From contig CBDCPT010000004.1 of NCBI GenBank assembly GCA_965220395.1, positions 71,433-135,432 on the forward strand: a stretch of 64,000 bases of DNA. The letters are read 5' to 3'. Positions within the stretch are counted from its first letter, which is position 1. Each line of letters begins with the position of its first letter. The notes under the pieces were generated by a model, which did no database searches, was not told the origin of the DNA, and saw nothing but the letters and a program-made list of their open reading frames with translations. The translations under genes and the position numbers were made by a program. The DNA comes from Arenicellales bacterium (GTDB lineage Bacteria; Pseudomonadota; Gammaproteobacteria; Arenicellales; JAJDZL01). Shown piece after piece: positions 1 to 10,500 of this stretch.

Positions 1-392
1 TCGGAGGTTTTACCCATTTTGATTCTCACAGAGACCTCAGGGACAACGCCAGGCTGGAGGTCGAATGCAGCAACCATGGGCGCCGGATTTTCAGGAACGA
101 TGATGGCGATGGATTCCACGTTGTCAAGATTCGCTGTGACCTTGATCGGAACCACCGCACCATTTTCCGCGATGTCCGGCCCTTTGACGACAACGGCATC
201 GCTATCCTGAACACTGTCTTCTCCAAACAGCGCTTTCAGGGTTTCAGGCACTTTCTCGGCATCAAATGCCATCTGCGGTCGTGCGGCGTATGCCAAATTT
301 GTCAGTAAACCCCAAGACGCAGCAAGACCGGTGAGGACCGTTGCCAATGCGCCTTTGAGTATTTTGCGTCTGTGTACTTCAATCGTTTTCAT
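1..392 (-). CDS. soxY: SoxY sulfur-carrier protein, N-terminal ~130 codons (gene runs off the left edge)
   Basis: Absent from the ORF track because there is no in-window stop. My reverse-strand translation from ATG 392-390 gives MKTIEVHRRKILKGALATVLTGLAASWGLL...VVVKGPDIAENGAVVPIKVTANL. This shows a twin-arginine-type signal and the SoxY-like PDIAENGAVVP core. A GAGG lies upstream of the ATG, and the gene sits directly downstream of soxX. Confidence 0.75.
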   Translation of the reverse strand, partial: MKTIEVHRRKILKGALATVLTGLAASWGLLTNLAYAARPQMAFDAEKVPETLKALFGEDSVQDSDAVVVKGPDIAENGAVVPIKVTANLDNVESIAIIVPENPAPMVAAFDLQPGVVPEVSVRIKMGKTS

Positions 393-405
393 TGAGATAC
401 CTCAT

Positions 406-771
406 TTATAACGTGTGTATGTATTCAGTAATTTTGTCGATTTCGTCATCTGTAAGAATGCCGTGACGCCCGAACGGCGGCATCATCGTATTCGGATTGA
501 ATGCTGTAGCATCATAAATTCGCGCTCTCAGCTTTGCCTTGTCTGCAAAACGCTGCTTCATGAAGATGAGTGGCGGGCCTTGTGTGCCAGGCATTTCACC
601 GTCTTCCATAATGTGACAAGCAAGGCAGTTGCCTTTCTTTCGGTCCACTGCAAGTTTTTTTCCTTCCGCAATGACATCTGCTCCGCTGTCGGCATGCCCC
701 GGAACTATGTAGATTGTCGAGAAGAACAATACCGCAACAAGCGAGAATAATCCAAATAGTGATTTCATCAT
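406..771 (-). CDS. soxX: Monohaem c-type cytochrome, SoxX-like
   Basis: 121 aa with a signal peptide, a single CxxCH haem site (GNCLACH) and a MPPFG segment. It lies 13 nt upstream of soxY on the same strand. Confidence 0.7.
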   Translation of the reverse strand: MMKSLFGLFSLVAVLFFSTIYIVPGHADSGADVIAEGKKLAVDRKKGNCLACHIMEDGEMPGTQGPPLIFMKQRFADKAKLRARIYDATAFNPNTMMPPFGRHGILTDDEIDKITEYIHTL

Positions 772-948
772 TACTGTTTAAGACTCCTAAAGCGTCGGTT
801 TTGTTTCTAAGCGTCTGCAATAATAATACTTCGAGACACCCGAAAATTTGCTTGGCAATATACAATAATTTATTTTAAGTGTTCAATTCAATGAAAAATG
901 AACTGGCACTGATGACCTAGTGTGGATTCGTGGTTCACGCAATCAAAT

Positions 949-1100
949 TCAAAGGGGCAAATGCCTGCCGATATATCCGATTTCAACTTCCTGCTTCTTT
1001 GGGTCAAAACGAAGATGGATTCGTCCGTTACTCCCAAAGCGAGCATGCCACTTGAAAAGTTTCAAGACCCCTTGATGCGATCGGAAACGTCGAGCTTCAC
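949..1100 (-). pseudogene. RelE/ParE-superfamily toxin, C-terminal fragment without a start (truncated next to the IS end)
   Basis: My reverse-strand translation gives ...LKLFKWHARFGSNGRIHLRFDPKKQEVEIGYIGRHLPL*. The pattern (R-I-x-x-R-F ... V-x-I-x-x-I-G-x-H) resembles RelE/ParE C-termini. There is no ATG, and the open frame starts just inside the IS left end. Family assignment is from memory only. Confidence 0.3.
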
Positions 1101-1123
1101 GTAATTTCAGACTTCCTGAAATA

Positions 1124-3432
1124 GGCTAATTTCACCCTGTACCCATTTGTCGATCAGTTCGCTTCACAGTGATTTGCTGTGAGTTCGTAAACCAGTTTCA
1201 GATCGGTTCCGGGATACACGGTTTCAGTAGTCGTCAATTCATCCAGAAGCGGTGCCAGCGCACGGTCTACGCAACGGCTGCCCGAGCCAAGGATCTGAAC
1301 CTTCAGAATGCGATTTTCATGATCAGGGATGATATTGGCATCGGTGCTGAATAATGTCTGCAGCGCCTTTCTTGGATTGGCTTTTTTGCCTTGTGCGTTT
1401 GCCACAGCCGGCACCATGCAAGTCTCAGCCCGATAGGCAATCATGCGAATGATGTCGATAAATAGCCTTTGCGCTTTGGGCAGCGCATCAAGGCGCTGCG
1501 CCTCATCAAGGTCTCCGGCACGCACATGTTTTGCAGTGTGCTTTTTCTCCAGACGCACCTCTTCGAGCTGTCCCTCAAGCATCTGAACTTCTTGTGCCAG
1601 TTTCAGCTGCCGCGCCGCCTTGGCATCGTTGCCAGCACATTTTGCCTGCTGGTTTCTCACGGTCTTAAGCCGCCCGAGAAACTTGCCAATCAGTTTTTCA
1701 TTCGCCCGCCATCGAGGATTCACGACAAGCGTGTTCTCATCGACCGGTTCCAGTGCATGCGTGTTCAAGGCGTCTACGTTGAACTCATCACGCATGTATT
1801 TGAAAAAGTTCTCCTGCGACCAGCGGGAGAACATCGAACCGGCAACCTGCTCAGTCGAAATCGACGGGTGAGTGGTCACAATCGCAACCTCACGGCCGCA
1901 ATCAAGACGGCGGCGAATCTGACGCACTTGCAGCTTGTTTTTCAACTTCAGCGACTTCTCACCGATCAGCACCGTCTGCTCATGAGTCTGTGCCGGACCG
2001 TGTATGGTAACGGCAGTGCTGCGAAATTCATCGTCATCCCAGCGCGGCTCATTGAAATTCTTCTGCCAGGTAATGCAGGCAATGCCCTTGCGCGCCAGCC
2101 GCTTAAACAGATCCGGACTCCACCCCTCGCGGTCAAACACCAAAGTCACTAACGGTTCAGCATTACTGTCTGCCACAGTTAAATCCGGCGCCTCAGATGA
2201 CGCTACGCCAATGGCATGCAACTCTTTGACCACATCGTGCTCAAGCGCACTGACCAGTCCAGGGTCATAGTCTTGATGTAGGCAAAGAAGCGGCTGAGCG
2301 CCTAGCACATTGACCCAGTAACTCACCGTCGCCGGCAGGCACAGTTTCTGACGCGGCACGAATTTCTTTGGCACCCGTCCCTTGGTGCCACTGTACACCT
2401 TGACGTGACCGTCAATGAGCAAAGTCGCAGCCCCGCTGCAGTCATCGTTCAGCCACTTTTTGGAAAGCGCCTGCTGCCAGCCGTGAACCTTGTCGATATC
2501 TTCACTGAGCAAACTGAGTTTGCTGCGTAATGTCTTGACTTCAGGACAGCGGTCCAGACCCAGTATCTGTCCCCATTCTCCCGGTGCGTCATAGCGCAGC
2601 TGTTCTGGATTGCGTACCCGTGCCATGCACATCAGCGATGCAAACAGCAAAATCGATGACAAGCCATAGTAGCCGTTAGGCAAGCGTAGCGGCGCCGTCA
2701 AAATCCCTTCTTTGAGCAGCATCGGCAAAGCGGCCAACACACCCCCGCGCTCAACCGCATAAGCACTCTGGTCGAAACTCGGCGTAACCTCCGCCAGAGC
2801 CCCTGTAAGTGCCAGCGTGCGTCCAGCAACATTGGTTGCCGCCCGTCCCATCGAAGCGCTTTGGTCACGCACATCGCGCTCGGTACGGTGGCTGGCGTCT
2901 TGCGTTTCACTGCTGCTGCGCAGCTTTGAACCAGGCTTTTTGATCTTGCCCGCGCGAATATTCTCCGTCAGTGTTGCTCGGGCAACATTCAATTGACTTG
3001 CCGCCTGGCTGGCGCTGACGCCTTGCGCCAGAAGCGATTCCGCCTGTTCTTTGGTGGCTGAGTCAATTGCGCTGCGCCGGCGCTGCTTGCGCGCTTTGAA
3101 AAACCAGGCCCGGCCAAACTCACGGTAGTTTTTGCAATGCTGCATGACGGTCGAGCGCGATACGTTCAGCGCTTTTGCGATGCTGTTGACCGGCAGATTG
3201 GAATCGACTCGAAGTCGGGCCATGATAAATGCTCTGGCCTGTTTGTCATTTTCGTCATGGCGCTCGAATGGGATGAGATTGGAAAAGTAGGTGACTACCC
3301 CATCAACGCAGGCGACTGAGAAGCCTCGGGCGATGGGGGTTGCTTCTGGGTGTGACAGTTCGATGCTGTAGTTCATGTTGGCTGTGCTCTGATGGTTGAA
3401 AAGTTCTATTTATGTACAGATATATATTAGCC
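1124..3432 (-). mobile_element. IS-like element: transposase gene bracketed by imperfect bipartite terminal inverted repeats
   Basis: 1124-1142 is ggctaatttcaccctgtac. The reverse complement of 3414-3432 is ggctaatatatatctgtac. The outer 7 nt and inner 6 nt are identical and the central 6 nt diverge. The right repeat lies 38 nt upstream of the transposase ATG. No clear target duplication was found. Confidence 0.5.
1154..3376 (-). CDS. Putative DDE transposase with N-terminal HTH domains
   Basis: 740 aa. It has HTH-like segments (SIAKALNVSRSTVMQHCKNY; QAASQLNVARATLTENIRAG). Candidate catalytic residues sit in LLIDGHVKVY, LVFDREGWS and SRWSQENFFKYMR, the last being an IS4/IS701-like R-x3-E-x6-R signature. 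Confidence 0.6.
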   Translation of the reverse strand: MNYSIELSHPEATPIARGFSVACVDGVVTYFSNLIPFERHDENDKQARAFIMARLRVDSNLPVNSIAKALNVSRSTVMQHCKNYREFGRAWFFKARKQRRRSAIDSATKEQAESLLAQGVSASQAASQLNVARATLTENIRAGKIKKPGSKLRSSSETQDASHRTERDVRDQSASMGRAATNVAGRTLALTGALAEVTPSFDQSAYAVERGGVLAALPMLLKEGILTAPLRLPNGYYGLSSILLFASLMCMARVRNPEQLRYDAPGEWGQILGLDRCPEVKTLRSKLSLLSEDIDKVHGWQQALSKKWLNDDCSGAATLLIDGHVKVYSGTKGRVPKKFVPRQKLCLPATVSYWVNVLGAQPLLCLHQDYDPGLVSALEHDVVKELHAIGVASSEAPDLTVADSNAEPLVTLVFDREGWSPDLFKRLARKGIACITWQKNFNEPRWDDDEFRSTAVTIHGPAQTHEQTVLIGEKSLKLKNKLQVRQIRRRLDCGREVAIVTTHPSISTEQVAGSMFSRWSQENFFKYMRDEFNVDALNTHALEPVDENTLVVNPRWRANEKLIGKFLGRLKTVRNQQAKCAGNDAKAARQLKLAQEVQMLEGQLEEVRLEKKHTAKHVRAGDLDEAQRLDALPKAQRLFIDIIRMIAYRAETCMVPAVANAQGKKANPRKALQTLFSTDANIIPDHENRILKVQILGSGSRCVDRALAPLLDELTTTETVYPGTDLKLVYELTANHCEAN

Positions 3433-3514
3433 GATATGAAGCCAAATGTCAAATGAATATCGTCAAAAAAATAGAGAAAATTCTGCATTTTCAATCTGTT
3501 GTACAGACTATCAT

Positions 3515-4327
3515 CTACAACAGCTGATCTACCATGTCAGGATGTCTGAATTTAGGATTATTCATAACCTTCGAACCCTCTGGTGTCACCTTGCATGGCC
3601 ATCTCGGCATGGTCTCACCTTTTTGCCAGTCACTCGCCGCCGAATGTAGTTCAGTCAATCTATGAATGACAGTATGAGAAAAATTTATAGGCAGATGACT
3701 GAGTTGTTCCTCTACCTCTGGTCCGAGTATCAGATTTGGAAACGCCTGATTTCGATTTTCCCAGAGGGTCCGAAGATCGAGGCCAGTACGAAATAGAGAT
3801 TGGTGGCGATCACGTATCGGACCAGCGTGATCTGACCGTGTCAGGTTGTCTATTTTTTCCTCTATTGTTTCAATTGTGCCGTTGGGCAGAAGTTCATTGA
3901 AACGAATAGTAATCTGATCACAATCCCAAGGTGAATTCGGAAATCCGACAGCCACCCAATCAGTTAAAGCACATAACAACATGGGTTTTCCGTCATCATG
4001 TGAAAACTTCACTGTTTCGCAAGCAAGAAATCGACTTTTGATGTCTCCCTGAACCTCCTTCATGAGTGGTGTCTTCCCCGCCAGACTTATAAGAAAAGAA
4101 AATTCTTCTTTTGCGCCTGCTCGATTCAGTGACAGGAAAGCATGAAATAAGGAATGATTAGGAGTACAGTAAATCTCATTTATAGGCTTACATGTTCTAA
4201 GTACAGGACATGTGACACCATCATTCACGAGTAGGGCCATTCCGACAGCGATGTCTTTCAGTTTGCCGATAATTTGGGATTGCGTAAAACCTGGGAGACT
4301 TGCGTGGTTAAGAACCATTTCCCGCAT
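3515..4327 (-). CDS. Hypothetical protein, third gene of the DUF262/ATPase operon; no family recognised
   Basis: 270-aa ORF starting 1 nt after the ATPase stop codon. I recognised no motif. Confidence 0.55.
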   Translation of the reverse strand: MREMVLNHASLPGFTQSQIIGKLKDIAVGMALLVNDGVTCPVLRTCKPINEIYCTPNHSLFHAFLSLNRAGAKEEFSFLISLAGKTPLMKEVQGDIKSRFLACETVKFSHDDGKPMLLCALTDWVAVGFPNSPWDCDQITIRFNELLPNGTIETIEEKIDNLTRSDHAGPIRDRHQSLFRTGLDLRTLWENRNQAFPNLILGPEVEEQLSHLPINFSHTVIHRLTELHSAASDWQKGETMPRWPCKVTPEGSKVMNNPKFRHPDMVDQLL

Positions 4328-4328
4328 G

Positions 4329-5468
4329 TCAAGTCTTCGGAACTAGCAGTTTCACGAGATTCTTATCATGTTCATCAAAGAATCCCGATGGCCAACTAGA
4401 CAAGCGTCCATCGGAATCAACTATTGGAGAGGAGACTACCGTCTTACCGTCAATGCGTTCAAAGTAGTGAATTGCAACCTGTTCAGGCAGTATAAGATTG
4501 TCGTGGACTGCAACACGTACACCGTCCAAGAAGTGATCGCTGTGGGTTTCAACGATAATCTGAACTCCGGCTATTGATGCGAGAACAGCGAGTTCGGCGA
4601 GCTTCGTCTGTCCTTGCGGATGAAGGTGAGCTTCTGGATTTTCAATCAAACACAAGGTCCCAGGAGGAGCGAGTAATGTGATTAGCACCGGTAAGGTGTA
4701 GGATAATCCAAAGCCCACATTTGTAGCGCGAAATGGACGCGTTTCGACATCCTTTGGCCGGTCAAACGAAAAACGAGCAAGAAGGGCATCGGCATCAGGG
4801 ATAGTATCCAGCAAAAGATGTGCGCCGGGACTCACTGAACTCAACCAGTGCTCAAGAATTGCTGACAATTTTCGGATTTTGTGACCGTCGCTGCGAGGAT
4901 CATCCTCAGGGAGCATATCGTCTTTACGAGAGTTCAAATAATTTAACGCAAATTCACCGCGAGAACCAATAACACCGCGGCGCGCTGCGGTATCTGAAAG
5001 TGGATAATGCTTTCGAGGTCCAATCCGCTCTGCATTTACGTAAAACATGTTTCCCCGATATCTGTCAATAGGAGGAGCGGAAAGCCATTCTTCTGGTACG
5101 CCCCTATCATGAAGTTCGGAGTCGGTGATTGTACGCAATCGATCAGCACTGTGCTCGTATTCAAAATCTAACCCATATGGCGTTGGAATATTGTCGTGAT
5201 GAATTTCTATTCGAATAGTACTGTTCTGGGCATCTTCAAACAGTACATCCGCCCCAGTTCCCAGGTCTGTAAGATCCCCACTCAAAATAAGTTCGTCAGG
5301 GATTTCATACCTATTTGCAATAATCGACTGTCGCAGTACCAGTAGAGCTTGAATTACGCTACTCTTCCCCATACCGTTCAAACCGCTCAACAACGTAAGC
5401 GGTGCAAGAGACATATCAAGATTTTCGAAACACTTGAAATTCGAAAGTTTTATTCTCTTTAACATCAC
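4329..5468 (-). CDS. ABC/AAA_15-21-type ATPase with DUF3696-like C-terminus
   Basis: Walker A is LSGLNGMGKSS. The Walker B / D-loop region is CLIENPEAHLHPQGQ and the H-loop is VETHSDH. The C-terminal SSWPSGFFDE tail is typical of DUF3696. The track start is GTG 5468; ATG 5465 is the alternative. Either start overlaps the upstream stop codon. Confidence 0.8.
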   Translation of the reverse strand: MMLKRIKLSNFKCFENLDMSLAPLTLLSGLNGMGKSSVIQALLVLRQSIIANRYEIPDELILSGDLTDLGTGADVLFEDAQNSTIRIEIHHDNIPTPYGLDFEYEHSADRLRTITDSELHDRGVPEEWLSAPPIDRYRGNMFYVNAERIGPRKHYPLSDTAARRGVIGSRGEFALNYLNSRKDDMLPEDDPRSDGHKIRKLSAILEHWLSSVSPGAHLLLDTIPDADALLARFSFDRPKDVETRPFRATNVGFGLSYTLPVLITLLAPPGTLCLIENPEAHLHPQGQTKLAELAVLASIAGVQIIVETHSDHFLDGVRVAVHDNLILPEQVAIHYFERIDGKTVVSSPIVDSDGRLSSWPSGFFDEHDKNLVKLLVPKT

Positions 5469-6652
5469 AATAACTCTTGGATAAGTTTTTCAATATCTCC
5501 AAAACGTTTCCACACGCGTTGGGGTGAACCGGTTGAAGTAGAAACCGCATCTAAAAACTTCCAATCCTTGTTTAAGAGTACCTTGAAACGGTTCTGAACA
5601 TCTTTGCGTTTTCGTATGAGTATCTCTATCTCTTCCGATGAGCACTGTGCTAATCCAACACCCCACGCTTCAAGTAATGCTTTGTTAACGGGGCTGCGTC
5701 CAAAATTGGTATAAATAGTTTTGCGAAAAGTGTTTTCGTCAAATATCTCTTTAGCCGCTTGCATGGCATTCTTGAAATTAATTTCAAGAATGTCCAAGTC
5801 CTGCTGATTCATCTGGTTGAGCTTCTTCATTGCATCTATAAGATAACCATCAAGATCATTGCGATCGTAATTTTTCCAAGATTTAATATAGAAAGCGAGA
5901 AAACGCAGAACACACTCGCGGTCAGTCATACGATCTTTCTTGATGGAATTTCCAGTAGCCTTAATGAATTCTTCAGTTTCAGCTAGTCTCTTTAGGTAAC
6001 TGCGGATGGGGCCAGGATTTAGAGCATGACGAATCTCCTGTCCATTCAGCGTCATCCCACCGGTATTGATACGGTGGAAGATATTGAACATTACCTCTAC
6101 CGGTGTTCCAGGTTCAATCACATTTACGATAAGTTGGGTTTCACTAATTCGACGCTGCATGTTTCTTGGGAGATTGCCATAAAATTTACCAGTAAGTTCA
6201 ATGAGATATTCAAGCCCACTTAACGCATTTTCGCCATTGATATAGTCAAATATTGTCGACATCCTCTGTACGCCGTCAACAACGGCCCAATTTTCACAAT
6301 TATCGGCAGAAACATAAAAGACAGGAATTGGGATACGCAGAAGGAGGGATTCGATGAGACGGCTTTTTTGATTCTCGGTCCAGATACCACGCATACGTTG
6401 GAATTCAGGGGACAGATCAATTTCATTATGTCGAATACGGGAAACAAGTTGTTCCACAACGAGAGGGACGGTGCGAACCTTGATTTTTTCGGGATTGAAA
6501 GGGCGTTTGATTTCGATGTCGTTCGAGTCTTCCGATTCGATCTCAACACCATCGTCAGTGTTATTTGGTTCTTGCAGTTCGTCTGTTTCGGATGTATTCA
6601 CTTGAATTCTCCCTCGGCTAAATACGAACCCGTGGCTTAGAGTAATTGACAA
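5465..6652 (-). CDS. DUF262 (ParB/Srx-like, GmrSD N-terminal / DndB-like) protein
   Basis: 395 aa with the DUF262 core SPEFQRMRGIWTENQKSRLIESLLLRIPIPVFY...VVDGVQRMSTI, a DGQQR-type motif. This is followed by INTGGMTLNGQEIRHAL. Confidence 0.8.
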   Translation of the reverse strand: MSITLSHGFVFSRGRIQVNTSETDELQEPNNTDDGVEIESEDSNDIEIKRPFNPEKIKVRTVPLVVEQLVSRIRHNEIDLSPEFQRMRGIWTENQKSRLIESLLLRIPIPVFYVSADNCENWAVVDGVQRMSTIFDYINGENALSGLEYLIELTGKFYGNLPRNMQRRISETQLIVNVIEPGTPVEVMFNIFHRINTGGMTLNGQEIRHALNPGPIRSYLKRLAETEEFIKATGNSIKKDRMTDRECVLRFLAFYIKSWKNYDRNDLDGYLIDAMKKLNQMNQQDLDILEINFKNAMQAAKEIFDENTFRKTIYTNFGRSPVNKALLEAWGVGLAQCSSEEIEILIRKRKDVQNRFKVLLNKDWKFLDAVSTSTGSPQRVWKRFGDIEKLIQELL

Positions 6653-7150
6653 TTAAAAGATATAAGCCAAACCTTTGTTCAAAAACGATTAAATTCCGCA
6701 TACGATTCACTGTTCATGAATTGCCAAATTTACATCCTATTTGAAGCTTGTCGGAGTGACGAAATTGCGATTTAGGCTGTATATGGAAAGAGTGTAGAAT
6801 ATCCCTTTGTGGGCACGCTATTTTGATTTGGTTGAGAATCTCGGCAACTCTCTCTTAAAAATTGATTCTGTGCACGAACTGTTGAAAGCTGGTGAGGTCC
6901 GAAATTTTGTTGCTGTGACACCATCACTCCACCAACCACTTCCTGACTGTAAACATTGAGAAGACTGTCAGTTTTAGTGCCGATTGTGAAATCAATTTTA
7001 AATTATAGCAATCTAGTGCTCATCCACCTCGAAGTTTTCTTCGAACGGATAGAGAACGAAGAATCACTTTCGGTACTGAGAGTTGCTGAATCTCGAAGCC
7101 AAACTATCTCAACTGCATAGCCAATCCACAAGAAACCTCACTTTCTAACA

Positions 7151-7468
7151 ATGGAAATTGCACCGGAACAACTACAAGCCATTGCTCTTGAGGCAAGCGG
7201 TTTCCTGAAGCAGTTGGCGAATGAGCAACGATTGATGATTCTTTGTCATCTTGCAGATGGCGAGAAATCCGTCAGTGAACTACAAAGTCTTGTTGGATTG
7301 GAACAATCCTCCATCTCTCAGCACCTAGCGAGGCTGAGGAAACAAGGAATTATCAAAGCACGGCGGAATTCGCAATCCAAATACTATTCCATCGCAAATG
7401 AAAATGCTTTGCAAGTCATTGAACTTCTACATGAAATTTACTGCATTCCTTCCGAATCAAGGCTCTGA
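7151..7468 (+). CDS. ArsR/SmtB-family transcriptional regulator
   Basis: 105 aa with a winged-HTH signature: LANEQRLMILCHLADGEKSVSELQSLVGLEQSSISQHLARLRKQGII. Confidence 0.85.
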   Translation: MEIAPEQLQAIALEASGFLKQLANEQRLMILCHLADGEKSVSELQSLVGLEQSSISQHLARLRKQGIIKARRNSQSKYYSIANENALQVIELLHEIYCIPSESRL

Positions 7469-7525
7469 CACACCCCTCGACTGCGAAATTTGCGGCACTT
7501 CGCATATCCGAAACTGTACCGATAA

Positions 7526-10500
7526 ATGCTTCGGTTCGGTAAGATGAAAGAGCACTATTGTTCTCCAATTGCTATCGTCGGCATGTCCTGCCGTTTTCCC
7601 GGAAAAGCCGATAACCCCAGTACATTTTGGCAAAACATTAAAAACAAAGTCGACTGCATAACTCCCATTCCGCCCGAACGCTGGGACAGTCGAATTCTGA
7701 CTGATATCGACAAAAAATTTGGAGCACAGTTTGCAAAGGTCGGAGGGTTTATTGACGATATCGACCAGTTCGACACTGCATTTTTCGGCATTTCTCCCAG
7801 AGAGGCATCCGAGATTGATCCGCAGCAGAGAATACTGCTTGAACTTGCCTGGCGGTGCATGGAAAATGCTGCGATTTCTCCCGATTGTTTATCCAGATTG
7901 CAGACCGGCGTATACGTCGGCGTCATTAACCATGACTATGAAAGGCTGATTCTTTTTGACCGGCAACAAATTTCCCAGTACTCCGCACTTGGGCGTTCTA
8001 CAAGCATCGCAGCAAACAGAATTTCGTACTGTTTCAACCTACAAGGTCCAAGTTTGACGATTGACACTGCGTGCTCTTCTTCGCTGACGGCTGTTGATTC
8101 TGCCTGCAAAGCACTCAGATCCGGTGATGTTGATGTCGCCTTGGCGGGTGGAGCAAATGCCATTGTGCTACCGGAGAGTTACATTGAATTTTCGCAGGCG
8201 TCCATGCTGTCGAAAGCGGGAATGTGTCAGGCTTTCGATGAAAACGCGGACGGGTTCGTGCGTGCAGAGGGCGGCGGTTTGGTAATGCTGAAACGACTCT
8301 CTGATGCTCTGGTTGATGGGGACAGAATTTACGCGACAATCGTTGCTAGTAGCGTAAATCAAGATGGACGCACCATTGGCTTGATGGCACCGAACTCAGA
8401 GGCTCAGGTACGAATGATGCACAATTCATTGCAACAGTGTGGACTTGATTCATCGGATATCGGCTATTTGGAAGCGCACGGCACCGGAACGCAAGCCGGG
8501 GATACGGTTGAGGCCACATCACTTGGCGAAGTGTATGGACAACCGGGAAAAGATCACGGCTGCCCAGTCGGCTCGGTCAAAACCAATATTGGCCATACAG
8601 AAGCGGCTGCGGGCATCGCCGGATTGATCAAAGCGACGCTGGCAGTGTACCATGGCCGAATTCCGCCGAATCTCCATTTTGCGAATCCGAATCCCAAAAT
8701 TGATTTCACGGCTCTTGGCATACGTGTCCCGAACGAATTCCAAGAATGGTATGAGACAGCTGGCAAACCACGTTGTGCGGCGATAAATTCATTTGGATTT
8801 GGAGGCACCAATGCACATGTAATCATCCAGCAAGCTCCAACCAAACTAGATCGAAAGCAGCCATTGTCGAAAAAAGTTTTCCTTCTTCCATTGACTGCCT
8901 CAACCTCGCAGAACCTTAACCAGTTGCGCAATTCCTTGACAACACCCGAATTGAACAACTGCCCGGATGTCAGGAGTTTGTGCCATACCGCCGCAAGGAG
9001 ACCTCACAAGAAATTTCGCTGTTCGATTCCAATCGCAGCAGAAATCGACGGAAAATCAACATCATCATTGTCAGTGCTGGAAACAGAAACCAATATAAAA
9101 ACAATCGAATCAGCGGCGAAAGTCGCTTTTGTTTTCAATGGAATGGGAGCCAATTGGAAATCTGCGGGGTTAGAATTTTATGCCACGGAACCCGTGTTTG
9201 CAACAACGATTGACCTCTGCGGTGCCATATTTCAGAAGGAGTTCGGCCTACCGAACATTCGTTCCTACTTTTTGCATGAAAATCCAAATCCGCAAGACAG
9301 TCTGGAAAAAATTCATGCGCTGTATTTCGCAATACAAATCGCAACACATGAACTATGGAAATCCTGGGGTGTAATTCCAGACGCCGTATTCGGACATAGT
9401 GTCGGAGAGATTGCAGCGGCGTGCGCGGCGGGGCATGTAGACATCGTCGATGCAAGCAGAATCGTATGCGAACGAGCACGAACGCTTCAGAAGTGCTCAG
9501 GACGCGGCTTGATGCTGGCGGCTGCGCTTTCGCCGGTTGAAGCAAATCGGATCGCCGAGTCAATGCCCAACGAACTCTTTGTTGCAGCAATCAACAGCCA
9601 GACTTCAGTCACATTTTCTGGAACCGAACAGTCGATTCGGCTGATTTACAAACAGCTAGAGAATCAAGGCAGATTCTGCCGCCTACTGGAAATCTCCGTT
9701 CCCTTTCACAGCCCGCTCATAGACGATTGCCAAACTGAAATCACGTCGAATATTCGTGCTGTCAGGTCAAAGCGCAATCAAATTCGTTGGTTTTCTTCAG
9801 TACATGGGACGGAAATTGTCAACGATACGATAAAGCCAAGTTACTGGTGGGAGAATTTTCGAGAGCCGGTACGATTTTCCGAATGTATGCAAGCCTGTAT
9901 ACATGCAGGAATTCACTGCTTTGTCGAGATAGGTCCTCACCCAAATCTTTCGTACAACATACAGGAATGCCTTCAAAGCGAGGGAGTGATTGCGCCCTCT
10001 CTACATTCACTTCAACGAAATGGCCAAGATAGAGCAACCATGATTTCAACGGCTGGGAAATTGTTCAGCCTTGGCATCAAACTAGATTGGGAAAAAATCA
10101 ACCCAAAAGCACAGATATGTGATTTTCCGATCGCTGAATTTAATCGTAAGAGGCATTGGAAGCGCACTGCGATGGTGCTGGAAGAACAGCGAGTCCGGCA
10201 GATCAAGCGCTTCCCTCTTTTGCAAAGTTCGGACAGCATAGGCCTAGGTTCATGGGACTTAGCACTGAACGTCAACGAGCTGGTCTGGCTGAAAAATCAT
10301 CGAATTCGAGGAGAACTGGTCTTCCCCGCGGCAGGATATGTAGAAGCGGCCCTGGAAGCCGCCAGTTCATGGCTGGATCAGCCATCGCTTGAATTGACTT
10401 CAATTCAATTTGATCAAATTCTTCAATTGCAAGACGAAGGAGAAACTGCTCAGGCTCAATTGAAATTGAACATAGCCGACAGCACGAACGAAAACTCGTT

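Noticed and set aside
1469-2152. A 227-aa plus-strand ORF and neighbours inside 1154-3376.
   Set aside because: It is antisense to the 740-aa transposase ORF and shows no recognisable motif. It is most likely a shadow ORF.
8554-8958. Numerous 60-150-aa antisense or out-of-frame ORFs within the PKS (for example 8554-8958, 9135-9590) and within the R-M gene (for example 18692-19123, 20252-20689).
   Set aside because: They are fully nested in long ORFs with unambiguous domain motifs and have no motifs of their own. These are shadow ORFs.
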